Source of the DNA: an uncultured virus (IMG/VR IMGVR_UViG_3300009593_000016)
Lineage: Duplodnaviria; Heunggongvirae; Uroviricota; Caudoviricetes
DNA: 64,000 bases
Reading direction: 5' to 3' (one strand)
Virus record (IMG/VR): IMGVR_UViG_3300009593_000016
Span: 1 to 64,000 of that record
The position numbers and the translations under genes are program-made. Under the pieces are notes generated by a model. It ran no database searches. It was not told where the DNA came from and worked only from the letters and a program-made list of their open reading frames with translations. Shown piece after piece: positions 56,409-64,000 of the stretch. Within the stretch, counting starts at the first letter, position 1. Every line of letters begins with the position of its first letter.

Positions 56409-56573
56409 TTAGTCTTTGTTATGTTTTTGCAGATATTTATCTGATCTTGGATCAGTTATTAGATACTTGCAATGTTCCCACCCATTCTCCTTGAATTCCT
56501 CACTCATATCGACAGGTCGCCTTACGGGACCTTTTGTCCATTCTGGAGGTACTTCTGGTTTAGAATTCTTCAT
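56409..56573 (-). CDS. Hypothetical protein (about 54 aa)
   Basis: VDMSEEFK-NG----LITDPRSDKYL; start re-assigned to ATG 56573; CTAAATA at 56592-56598. Confidence 0.6.
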   Translation of the reverse strand: MKNSKPEVPPEWTKGPVRRPVDMSEEFKENGWEHCKYLITDPRSDKYLQKHNKD

Positions 56574-56637
56574 AATTACCACACTCCACACTATTTAGCG
56601 AGTTCTGTGCTATAGTACCTATAGTTAGTTAGAGAAA

Positions 56638-56790
56638 ATGCCAGTTAAGTCAAAAGCAGGATCTTGGGGTTCAAACATTTACATTGATCCACCAGCCAAA
56701 AAGACCAGACAAGGAAATAGCAAAAATACAAAATATGCTGCTACTAGCCGAAATAGTGCTAGAAAAGCATATAAAGGGCAGGGACATTAA
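56638..56790 (+). CDS. Small basic protein (50 aa, not in ORF track); the only convincing plus-strand gene
   Basis: MPVKSKAGSWGSNIYIDPPAKKTRQGNSKNTKYAATSRNSARKAYKGQGH*; fills the intergenic gap; extended -10 TGCTATAGT at 56608-56616. Confidence 0.7.
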   Translation: MPVKSKAGSWGSNIYIDPPAKKTRQGNSKNTKYAATSRNSARKAYKGQGH

Positions 56791-57320
56791 CCTGCCAGTA
56801 CTGTAGCAGAGCCAAAAGCAACTACAGAACTACAAGGCCAACTCAATTTAGGTTTACCTGCTCCCAGAGGGTCGATTATTCGTATCACACGCCTCTTTAA
56901 GGCGAATACGGTAAAAGTAGTCGATTCAGCTACTCGGACGTGTCCTACGCCTCCCATATCCTCCATTGTGAGCAATCCACATAGTATAGGTGTTGGAATG
57001 ATACAAGTTAACTTACCACAAGGACACAGATAGTTAATAATATTAGTTGTAACCGAAATGTGAGGTGTAAACGTATCCATTTCGAGCATAATCGGTAGTC
57101 TATGGACTAAAACCGTTGCTCGGAGTGGATTCATTGCTTCTAGAGGTATTAGTGGTTGTGGTGGCCACCAACAAGTCTTATCTTTTATCGTAATACTATA
57201 TGGAATCGGTGGAGATCCACAAGGTTGTGTACTATGAATAGTCGCAGGAATAGGTATCCCGTGTCCCGAACACGGAAGTCCATTATGAAATGAAACTGGT
57301 CGTAAAACTCCTAATGCCAT
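56787..57320 (-). CDS. PAAR-like spike tip protein (gp5.4-like), extended and Cys/Pro-rich
   Basis: CSGHG, D-FTPH, GH-R-----TVF----V-RI-DP, C---VA-GS-TVLAG; position before gp25. Confidence 0.65.
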   Translation of the reverse strand: MALGVLRPVSFHNGLPCSGHGIPIPATIHSTQPCGSPPIPYSITIKDKTCWWPPQPLIPLEAMNPLRATVLVHRLPIMLEMDTFTPHISVTTNIINYLCPCGKLTCIIPTPILCGLLTMEDMGGVGHVRVAESTTFTVFALKRRVIRIIDPLGAGKPKLSWPCSSVVAFGSATVLAG

Positions 57321-60300
57321 TACTTAACGTCAAATGTTAAATCGCACTCATCAAAATATGGGTTACCAAAAGTATTTAGTGAATCGTCTAATAATGTTGC
57401 ACCTGCGCCGCCCCAGTTCCTATAGTTGAGAGACCCCTCATAAGGTCCCATTTCCATATGATTCTCTGCATTAACCAATTTAGGGGGAACAGCAATTGCA
57501 GCGTGTGTAACCTCTTCTAGTGCCTTTCCACAAGGTGATGCTACAACAGGTGGTGAAGAACAAGGATTATCTGCTGCTATTGCATTACCATCGCTATCAT
57601 AACCTGCATTTACATCCAAAACACCATCTACAACAAAATTGTGCCAGCACGGATTAGGGAATTTACCACCAGAACAACTTGATAAGGTTACACTATTGTA
57701 GGTTACCTCATTAGTTTGTCCCGTAGGTTGACCGTTACCATCAACTTCTTGCTGTGTAATAGTCTGTGTAGCCCATCCAGTGTAATTTCCCGCACCAGCC
57801 CACGTCTCAAACTGCTCAAGTTCGGTCATATTTGAAAGTCCGTAATCATATGTCTGCTCATCCCCTCCAATTGGAGCAAAAGTGTACTGTCCTGGAGAAG
57901 ATTCGTAACATCTTCCCTTTGCTTGACCATTACTACAAGGGTGTGAGTTCTTAATATCACCTGAAATCTCGGTAACACGTGGTCTTAATGTGGCAGGATC
58001 ACCCATACTCTTCAAGAAATTAAGAAAAGCGGTGTTTGTAGCTGCTCCAGCACCAGAAACATCACCTTCAAATTGTATACTAACTCGAATTCTTGCCATT
58101 TCTCGCTTAGAACCGCAATATTTAAAGGGCATATACCCAAATACCTTCTCAACTCCGTTCTCATCTAATGAAGTATATGGACAAGGTATGTCAAAAAAGC
58201 GTCTAACCTGATACATTTTAGGTTGTCCCACCTCTACACATCCGCTAGGGTAGATTCCTGCCATCCCAGAAGACATTTTTTTCTCTACGGTACCTGAAAC
58301 TGGTGCAGATTGCTTCCAAGTATTGCCAATCCACTCATTATTGGTGTTCCAATCTGGCGCAAGTGTCCTTAGTTGTCCAAAAACTGCCTCTTCATCCCAA
58401 TTTCTAGCCCAATCTGTCCAACCTACACCTGAATCTGGCTGAAAACAGTTATTTGGAATAACTTCACCACAGAATTTCGTCTTTTCTTCTGTATCAACAT
58501 CCGTCATTGTCAAATATCCACGCTTTACACTCGTTTCTTTGTTCTTATTGTACTCTTCGAACATACCTTGCATATCTTTTCTGTTCGATTCTAGTTTTTG
58601 GTTGGCTTCAGGAGCATCTCCACCAAATTTCTCAGTAGATTTAGCAAATTCTTCCTCATATGGCATATTTGCTTCACCCACAAAGGTATCAACACGGGTA
58701 TCTGACTCTCTATCAACCACAACAATACGAGGTACAAAGTTAGGAGGGTACCCATCACCAGCATCCGTAATTATAACTTGATCAATACAACCTAATTCAT
58801 CCACTGTTGCTCTAACTTTAGCTTGTTTTAGCACTCCAGTGAAGTCTGACTCAGTAGTGTACTGTTGATTACTAATATCTGCAGCAGTTTGACGGAAATT
58901 ATCTTCAGAACGTCCGTAATCAAGTGTATTAGTCATCTCTAACTGCACTTCTGTCGAAGAATCGCTAGTAAAAGACTCATTTACGTTTTTTGCGGGATCT
59001 ATGAACCCCTGATCACGTAAAACTTCGGGAATTTCAATAGAAATCTCTGGAGACTTGTATCCAGACCCCGCATTAATGATTTGTATACTCGCTAACTTAC
59101 CCTGAGCATTTGTAATTCCGTGCATTTCTGCTACATCAATAGATCTTTGAGGAATTAGTGCATCTGGGTCAACATTGACTCTAGTATATGCTACTTTCTT
59201 CGGAAATTCATATACACCAAATACTGCACCTTTATCTTGTATACCAAAACCAGCTAGCGCAATAATAGTACCACTATTTTGTGAGGTATACGTATTATTG
59301 TACACAAATGCGCCACCATTGCCTTCTGCTTGTAATTGTGTCAATTCCATATACCCACAATTCATCTCATCACCAAAATATCGCACTGCAGTAATCATCC
59401 ATCCGTTAATACGCTCTCCTATAGCAAAGAATCCCGTAGATGAAGTATATCTGAAGAATAAACGATGATCATCAGTACCAGCAGTCCAAAATGACTCTGC
59501 TCCACCTGGAGTTTGGTCTGGAACGTCCACAAATAGCCTTGTTTTCTTCGTTACCCACGCAGATTCCTTAATTTGGTAATTATATGAGTGAAAATCACGT
59601 GTTACTGTACAAGGATCTTGATCATAATTTTGTTCGCAACAATTTGCATCAGAAGTAACCATATTGATGCCATATATGGGTCCATTCCACGGATATGACG
59701 CATCATAGAGGTAATATACGAATTGACCCTCAAAAGCGTCGTGAAAACCGAGGAATTTGGGCACAGCTGCCTTAACTGCCCCATTTTTGCCATAAAACCA
59801 CTCAAAATGGGCAGAATCGGTCAATATTTCGGCATTATCGGGGTCTCCCCACCCTTTTACGCAAGGAACGTCCCCTTTTTCGAGCAAATAGTCGTCTTCA
59901 GTGAAGGTTCCGTTCTGTTGGTAGTCCCAATCGTACCATCCACTCCTATTAACTTCACCAGTGTCGTGTGGTTTTCCAACTTCTATGATTCTTGCACTCT
60001 TTCTTGGTCCAGTTGAAGTCATCACATAACCCACTATCCCAACATATTGGTACTCTTCATTCATAGGCTCTTTGGGGTCAGCGACACCAGGAACACCTGT
60101 CTGAAGGTTAACCTCGAATTGTGGTCTTAGAGTATAGAAGTGATCTGGACCTTTGTAGTTGGCAGGAGCAAGGTACTCGTATAATGGTAAGACTTGTTCT
60201 CCTGGTACCAGTGTCCCAGATGCTACTGCTGCTGCTTCAGATGTGAAAATATGTCCTAGTAGTTCTTGTCCTGATCCTGTGGTCATATATGTGTCATTGC

Positions 60301-61096
60301 CTGTACCATTCCAATTATTGTATAACGGTGTAGTACCGCCTATTGGTTCATCCTCTACAGTGAAATAGAATTTACTCTTTTGTCTGGGTTCTCTATTGTA
60401 TGATCTATGTTCGTGTTTGACCTCTCTTACCTCCTTCTCCTTATAGTATGCGTGATCTCTTAGCAATCCACTGTAGTAACGGTATATTACTGTACGCTCT
60501 GTACCACACGTGTTACCAACACCTACGATCATTACTCGCGCATTACAATCACTGCCGTGGTTATCTTTGAAGCATAATTTCTTATTACTGTCCTGCACCA
60601 GAAGACCACCATAGCCTGTACCACCAGTTATAGTAGCATTGTATGTTGTACCACCTACTACGTTCATAGTAGCCGAAGCAGAACCAGAGTAGTTACTGCC
60701 TTGGGTAAATGTTATATCTCCGACTTGATACGTACCTAAAGCGGTACCTGCTGTATTTGGGTTATCACTCCACGCGAAATCCAGTTGTATTGTACTATTA
60801 CCAGTACCACCACATACAAGATTACCACTAGCATCAAATGTAGCGGTAACGTTAGTAGCATTATTACCAGGTAAGGGTAAGCATATCTCTTCCTTCTCTC
60901 CAATATAAAACACTTCATCTTTACCTAGGCGATATCCTCCCTCACCTTCTCCATCAAAGGTAATCTTATAATTTGCGGGTACGTTCTTTAATCCGTCATT
61001 AGGACCACCGCCACCATCATTATAGGTGACTTTATAGTCCTGTGAATCAATCGGGTTCTTGAAGCTCCTGCCCGTCTCTAGGATGTACGCTGGCAA
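57320..61096 (-). CDS. Large putative virion protein (1258 aa)
   Basis: TTG start; IYRYY...DH, PLYEY...DHFYT repeats (DUF5648-like); NAGSGY/DAGDGY modules; ACTAAATA at 61121-61128. Confidence 0.8.
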   Translation of the reverse strand: MPAYILETGRSFKNPIDSQDYKVTYNDGGGGPNDGLKNVPANYKITFDGEGEGGYRLGKDEVFYIGEKEEICLPLPGNNATNVTATFDASGNLVCGGTGNSTIQLDFAWSDNPNTAGTALGTYQVGDITFTQGSNYSGSASATMNVVGGTTYNATITGGTGYGGLLVQDSNKKLCFKDNHGSDCNARVMIVGVGNTCGTERTVIYRYYSGLLRDHAYYKEKEVREVKHEHRSYNREPRQKSKFYFTVEDEPIGGTTPLYNNWNGTGNDTYMTTGSGQELLGHIFTSEAAAVASGTLVPGEQVLPLYEYLAPANYKGPDHFYTLRPQFEVNLQTGVPGVADPKEPMNEEYQYVGIVGYVMTSTGPRKSARIIEVGKPHDTGEVNRSGWYDWDYQQNGTFTEDDYLLEKGDVPCVKGWGDPDNAEILTDSAHFEWFYGKNGAVKAAVPKFLGFHDAFEGQFVYYLYDASYPWNGPIYGINMVTSDANCCEQNYDQDPCTVTRDFHSYNYQIKESAWVTKKTRLFVDVPDQTPGGAESFWTAGTDDHRLFFRYTSSTGFFAIGERINGWMITAVRYFGDEMNCGYMELTQLQAEGNGGAFVYNNTYTSQNSGTIIALAGFGIQDKGAVFGVYEFPKKVAYTRVNVDPDALIPQRSIDVAEMHGITNAQGKLASIQIINAGSGYKSPEISIEIPEVLRDQGFIDPAKNVNESFTSDSSTEVQLEMTNTLDYGRSEDNFRQTAADISNQQYTTESDFTGVLKQAKVRATVDELGCIDQVIITDAGDGYPPNFVPRIVVVDRESDTRVDTFVGEANMPYEEEFAKSTEKFGGDAPEANQKLESNRKDMQGMFEEYNKNKETSVKRGYLTMTDVDTEEKTKFCGEVIPNNCFQPDSGVGWTDWARNWDEEAVFGQLRTLAPDWNTNNEWIGNTWKQSAPVSGTVEKKMSSGMAGIYPSGCVEVGQPKMYQVRRFFDIPCPYTSLDENGVEKVFGYMPFKYCGSKREMARIRVSIQFEGDVSGAGAATNTAFLNFLKSMGDPATLRPRVTEISGDIKNSHPCSNGQAKGRCYESSPGQYTFAPIGGDEQTYDYGLSNMTELEQFETWAGAGNYTGWATQTITQQEVDGNGQPTGQTNEVTYNSVTLSSCSGGKFPNPCWHNFVVDGVLDVNAGYDSDGNAIAADNPCSSPPVVASPCGKALEEVTHAAIAVPPKLVNAENHMEMGPYEGSLNYRNWGGAGATLLDDSLNTFGNPYFDECDLTFDVK

Positions 61097-61391
61097 GTTG
61101 GTCTATACGCTGTTCAAGAGTATTTAGTCTGTCGAATAGAGTATCAAATAACTGAGTTAGGTTACTATGTTTATCATCTCCAGGTATCTTATACTGTATC
61201 ATATCTGCACCACGTCCTAACATCTGCTCCATACCTGCTATACGTTCAGCTAGGTTAGTTGCAGTCTTTGCTATCATCTCAAATCTCCATTCGTTCTCTT
61301 CCTCTATATTAGCGAACTCAGGGATCTGTACCTGGGGTTGAGCAGGTTGTTGGTAGTTTGGTTGTTGATCACTAGGATACTTTATGTCCAT
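61047..61391 (-). CDS. Hypothetical protein (114 aa, helical)
   Basis: TAATG-coupled to the upstream oxygenase gene. Confidence 0.7.
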   Translation of the reverse strand: MDIKYPSDQQPNYQQPAQPQVQIPEFANIEEENEWRFEMIAKTATNLAERIAGMEQMLGRGADMIQYKIPGDDKHSNLTQLFDTLFDRLNTLEQRIDQLASVHPRDGQELQEPD

Positions 61392-61963
61392 TAGAAATAA
61401 TTAATGTTGAGTACAACACGGAATTTCTCATCCGTGCAAGATGTTCCAGCGTGCGGAGTACCTACGGGGAACTTAATCACCCTATTAGCAACCGACTCTA
61501 CCTTGGGACCATCCTGGAAGAATGTATATCCATTATTATCATTTAGGTAGAAGATTGCTGTTGTAGCACCACAAAACTCATCTGAACCATACTCTCCACA
61601 GTCAGTATGGTAATCATATTCTATCATATTATCAGTATGGTGGTTTAGGTTTGCTTTTATTCTTATCAGTGCTCTGGGCTTCAATGCATTAATTATAGGT
61701 AACAGGTATTCGTAAAACTCGTTCTGGGGTTGTCCTCCTGCATACAGATAGTTTACCATCTGCCAATTATAGATCTCCTTCGCTTGTAACTCAGGATCTA
61801 CCATACGTGCTACGTGCATCACCTTCGCTTGGTTCACATACCACGGAAAGTCCTGCCCACAGAAGCACGCTTGCATCTTAAGAAACTCTTCCGTTTTAAG
61901 GAAGTTATCTTTCTTCAGGATAATATTATCCTTTACTATATCAACAGTTTCGAAAATTTCCAT
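61391..61963 (-). CDS. 2OG-Fe(II) oxygenase superfamily protein
   Basis: H-x-D (YHTD), TAIFYLN-NNGYT-F, distal His (PHAG), RVVLNINYF; start likely ATG 61963. Confidence 0.88.
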   Translation of the reverse strand: MEIFETVDIVKDNIILKKDNFLKTEEFLKMQACFCGQDFPWYVNQAKVMHVARMVDPELQAKEIYNWQMVNYLYAGGQPQNEFYEYLLPIINALKPRALIRIKANLNHHTDNMIEYDYHTDCGEYGSDEFCGATTAIFYLNDNNGYTFFQDGPKVESVANRVIKFPVGTPHAGTSCTDEKFRVVLNINYF

Positions 61964-62006
61964 AATAGTTACGACGCTCGCGGGGTACACTTCAAAGGGT
62001 ATTAGT

Positions 62007-62192
62007 TTATTCTAAGAAATCATCGCCAGCCTCCAATTTCTCTCGTATACTTCTCCACGTTGCTTGTACCTTTCTAAGGGGGTTTCCACCACAAACTTCA
62101 GCCTTATACAACAGACACCACTTGCCTGAATTGCAAATAAGCTGACGTTCTTCCTTTGTAAAAGTGGCTGTCCACTCAGTCTGGTCGGGCAT
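62007..62192 (-). CDS. Hypothetical protein (61 aa)
   Basis: ATG with AAAGG just upstream and its own sigma70-like promoter. Confidence 0.6.
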   Translation of the reverse strand: MPDQTEWTATFTKEERQLICNSGKWCLLYKAEVCGGNPLRKVQATWRSIREKLEAGDDFLE

Positions 62193-62213
62193 CCTTTAAA
62201 CAATCACAGAATC

Positions 62214-62242
62214 ATTATAACACATAATTGAGTGTTAGTCAG
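62214..62242 (-). promoter_or_regulatory. Sigma70-like early promoter CTGACT-N17-TATAAT with extended TG
   Basis: Spacer counted as 17 nt; intergenic. Confidence 0.65.
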
Positions 62243-62399
62243 TATCTTTGACAAATTTGGCAGTACTGTCATCAATCTCATATGTGAGGACATCAGATGG
62301 TAACCATCCCAAATCTTCGGTTAAGTCATCTGGTAGAATGATGTACAATTCGCCTGTGTGATCGTTTTCTTGGATTGTAGTAGTAAATCTTCTAGACAT
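62235..62399 (-). CDS. AbrB/MazE-like small DNA-binding protein (54 aa, not in ORF track)
   Basis: MSRRFTTTIQENDHTGELYIILPDDLTEDLGWLPSDVLTYEIDD...; G---I-LP-----LG---D-L pattern. Confidence 0.65.
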   Translation of the reverse strand: MSRRFTTTIQENDHTGELYIILPDDLTEDLGWLPSDVLTYEIDDSTAKFVKDTD

Positions 62400-62811
62400 T
62401 CTTTTTTCGTATTACATACCTGATCAAAGGTATATAGGTATCTATCTTTTCAACTTTACTGATATCATATGCTTTATGGTGTATCATATACCTGTCTCCG
62501 ATATACGCTGCACCGTGTGAAACTCTTTTTCCTGTGAAGTCCATTAGCAACAAATCGAAGACGTTAAGAGAATCTACGTCTAGGGTATCCTTCGAACTGT
62601 CATAGGTACACTCCCAGTCTTCTCCTTCCCACAGATCCTTCATAAAACGTCTAGCGGTGAAAGAGTAGTCTTCTTTACATTCGTGGTAACCGAGGTCTAC
62701 ACCCATATCGTACAATAGCGTGAAGCATCCCCCACCCTTCTGTTTCTTCCAAGGGCGACCAAGGTACTTCGAGTACTGCTCCTCATATTTTTTGATTAAC
62801 TTATCTGACAT
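62392..62811 (-). CDS. NlpC/P60 (C40) family peptidase-like protein
   Basis: YLGRPW...GCFTL (catalytic Cys), DLLL, HGAAYIG---MIHH. Confidence 0.75.
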   Translation of the reverse strand: MSDKLIKKYEEQYSKYLGRPWKKQKGGGCFTLLYDMGVDLGYHECKEDYSFTARRFMKDLWEGEDWECTYDSSKDTLDVDSLNVFDLLLMDFTGKRVSHGAAYIGDRYMIHHKAYDISKVEKIDTYIPLIRYVIRKKNV

Positions 62812-62955
62812 TTTTTACCCTGGGAAATTTTTTTGTATATAGGGGGACCCTAATCGCGATTTCGATAATATGCTCGTCCCTATACTTTTGTAGGTTACAC
62901 TAATGCAACTTTTTTAATATGCCAAAATGTTACTTAGTGCCTACACGAGTTTGTG

Positions 62956-63189
62956 TTACTCTGCCTCATCATATTGCACGTCATAACATAACCCTTCCGC
63001 TATGAAATAGTCACACAGTTGTTGATACTGAAGGAGTTCATTATGTAGGTCACAATCTATTAAGAACTGTGCACACTCTATTTGTTCATCAGGTGGCAAA
63101 TTACCCTCATCAAGTAACTCTAACCACACTGCAATCTTACTGGGAATGTGTGTAGTCAATGTCCAAATCTCCAAAGGATTGATCTTCAT
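62956..63189 (-). CDS. Hypothetical acidic protein (start possibly TTG 63159)
   Basis: ORF in a tightly packed run behind an early promoter. Confidence 0.6.
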   Translation of the reverse strand: MKINPLEIWTLTTHIPSKIAVWLELLDEGNLPPDEQIECAQFLIDCDLHNELLQYQQLCDYFIAEGLCYDVQYDEAE

Positions 63190-63283
63190 ATTCTATCATA
63201 GATTGTCCATCTTCGCTATCATCTTCATCTAACATATTGTCAATCCAATCTTTACTATTAATAAGGCGTAATTTGTCATCCAT
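63137..63283 (-). CDS. Hypothetical acidic protein (48 aa, MDDKLRLIN...)
   Basis: ATG 63283 overlaps the end of the upstream gene. Confidence 0.55.
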   Translation of the reverse strand: MDDKLRLINSKDWIDNMLDEDDSEDGQSMIEYEDQSFGDLDIDYTHSQ

Positions 63284-63461
63284 TTGTGTTACCCTCAGTG
63301 TTGTAATTAGTGTTTGATTGTTGATACTCACTGCTCTCATAATGCGTGGAGTTTGTGTTAGTAACTCGACCCTTATTACGGTTCGAATTGTTTCTCTTTT
63401 CCCTCAAAGATTTAGGTCTATTTGACTTATACGTGTCGTTACGTTTGTAAGTCCTTCCCAT
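63276..63461 (-). CDS. Hypothetical basic protein (61 aa, MGRTYKRND...)
   Basis: First ATG downstream of the sigma70-like promoter. Confidence 0.6.
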   Translation of the reverse strand: MGRTYKRNDTYKSNRPKSLREKRNNSNRNKGRVTNTNSTHYESSEYQQSNTNYNTEGNTNG

Positions 63462-63503
63462 TGGAAATTGTGCCACTATGTGACATTGTAGTGTACAACG
63501 CTA

Positions 63504-63532
63504 ATTATACAGAATTAAAGGCATATTGTAAA
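63504..63532 (-). promoter_or_regulatory. Sigma70-like early promoter TTTACA-N17-TATAAT
   Basis: Near consensus, 17-nt spacer, upstream of the small-gene run. Confidence 0.75.
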
Positions 63533-63567
63533 CCCTTTTGTGTCATTTTGTGTACATCCCCTATGTG

Positions 63568-63596
63568 TTGACAACTCGTGCGTTACTAGATAGACT
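63568..63596 (+). promoter_or_regulatory. Sigma70-like promoter TTGACA-N17-TAGACT firing into non-coding DNA
   Basis: Perfect -35, 17-nt spacer, -10 retains T-A---T. Confidence 0.6.
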
Positions 63597-63679
63597 CCTA
63601 AGGTTGCTAATCCTCCGCTAGTTTATAACATTTAGTATGACCTTATTGTAGTGCTTATTATATACTTAATAGTACATAG

Positions 63680-63723
63680 TTTTCCACAATTAGATGATAC
63701 TTTTCCACACATATTGTGGAAGA
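63680..63723. promoter_or_regulatory. Cluster of three DnaA-box-like 9-mers
   Basis: TTTTCCACA at 63680 and 63701; inverted TGTGGAAGA (one mismatch) at 63715. Confidence 0.55.
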
Positions 63724-63800
63724 GATAAAATTACATAGTATATTTAATTTACCATTTATTTATTATAGCGGGGGATACTAATATGGGGGTCTATTTGATA

Positions 63801-64000
63801 CTAACTCCACTTGAGATTGTTATAATTATCATTCAATTTATCACCGTCTATATGTAAAACATTCCTGCAATCGTTCGTAGTTGGTATAAATGCGGAAGCA
63901 CATAATCGGGCAATTCTTCTTACTACGGTCTTACCATTTTGTCTTAATGTAACACGTCTATATCCATTTTCATTTAAATGTGTCTTTAATTGCCTCCATT
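63801..64000 (-). CDS. HNH endonuclease-like protein, 3-prime part (5-prime end outside the window; not in ORF track)
   Basis: Manual translation ...NGYRRVTL...IARLCASAFIP...VLHIDGDKLNDNYNNLKWS*. Confidence 0.75.
   Translation of the reverse strand, partial: WRQLKTHLNENGYRRVTLRQNGKTVVRRIARLCASAFIPTTNDCRNVLHIDGDKLNDNYNNLKWS

Noticed and set aside
62012..62203. Alternative 63-aa ORF overlapping 62007-62192
   Set aside because: Fully overlapping, non-ATG start; the other frame has an ATG and better upstream signals
1..64000. tRNA, rRNA, integrase or transposase genes
   Set aside because: None recognised; intergenic gaps are short and no cloverleaf was seen (not computationally scanned)

Overview
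A 64 kb segment of a T4-like marine cyanomyovirus genome (AT-rich, roughly 38-40% GC by eye; Prochlorococcus/Synechococcus phage type). Almost all genes are on the minus strand. In transcription order (right to left) it holds a partial HNH gene and an AT-rich gap with divergent sigma70 promoters and three DnaA-box-like 9-mers. Next come small early-type genes, an NlpC/P60 protein, an AbrB-like protein and a 2OG-Fe(II) oxygenase. The late structural module follows: a 1258-aa virion protein, PAAR-like gp5.4, gp25, gp6, a giant 8862-aa gp7-like protein, a YHYH/Ig protein, a gp9-like protein with a cupredoxin tail, gp8, a VrlC/DUF4815-like protein, a 2134-aa fibre, gp13, gp14, gp15 and gp16. The window ends with a cluster of small, mostly basic genes and an SNase-type nuclease. 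T4-type late promoters (TATAAATA and variants) precede many genes. Main observations: (1) the giant protein carries six to seven helical repeats resembling phycobiliprotein (bilin-binding globin) domains; (2) it has 24 beta domains inserted into one another like balanced parentheses, up to about 10 deep; (3) an unannotated 32-aa ORF is a T4-like capsid-targeting sequence fused to a CCHC zinc knuckle; (4) CATG appears to be avoided throughout; (5) there is a candidate origin at the right end. All family calls are from motif recognition only, with no database searches.
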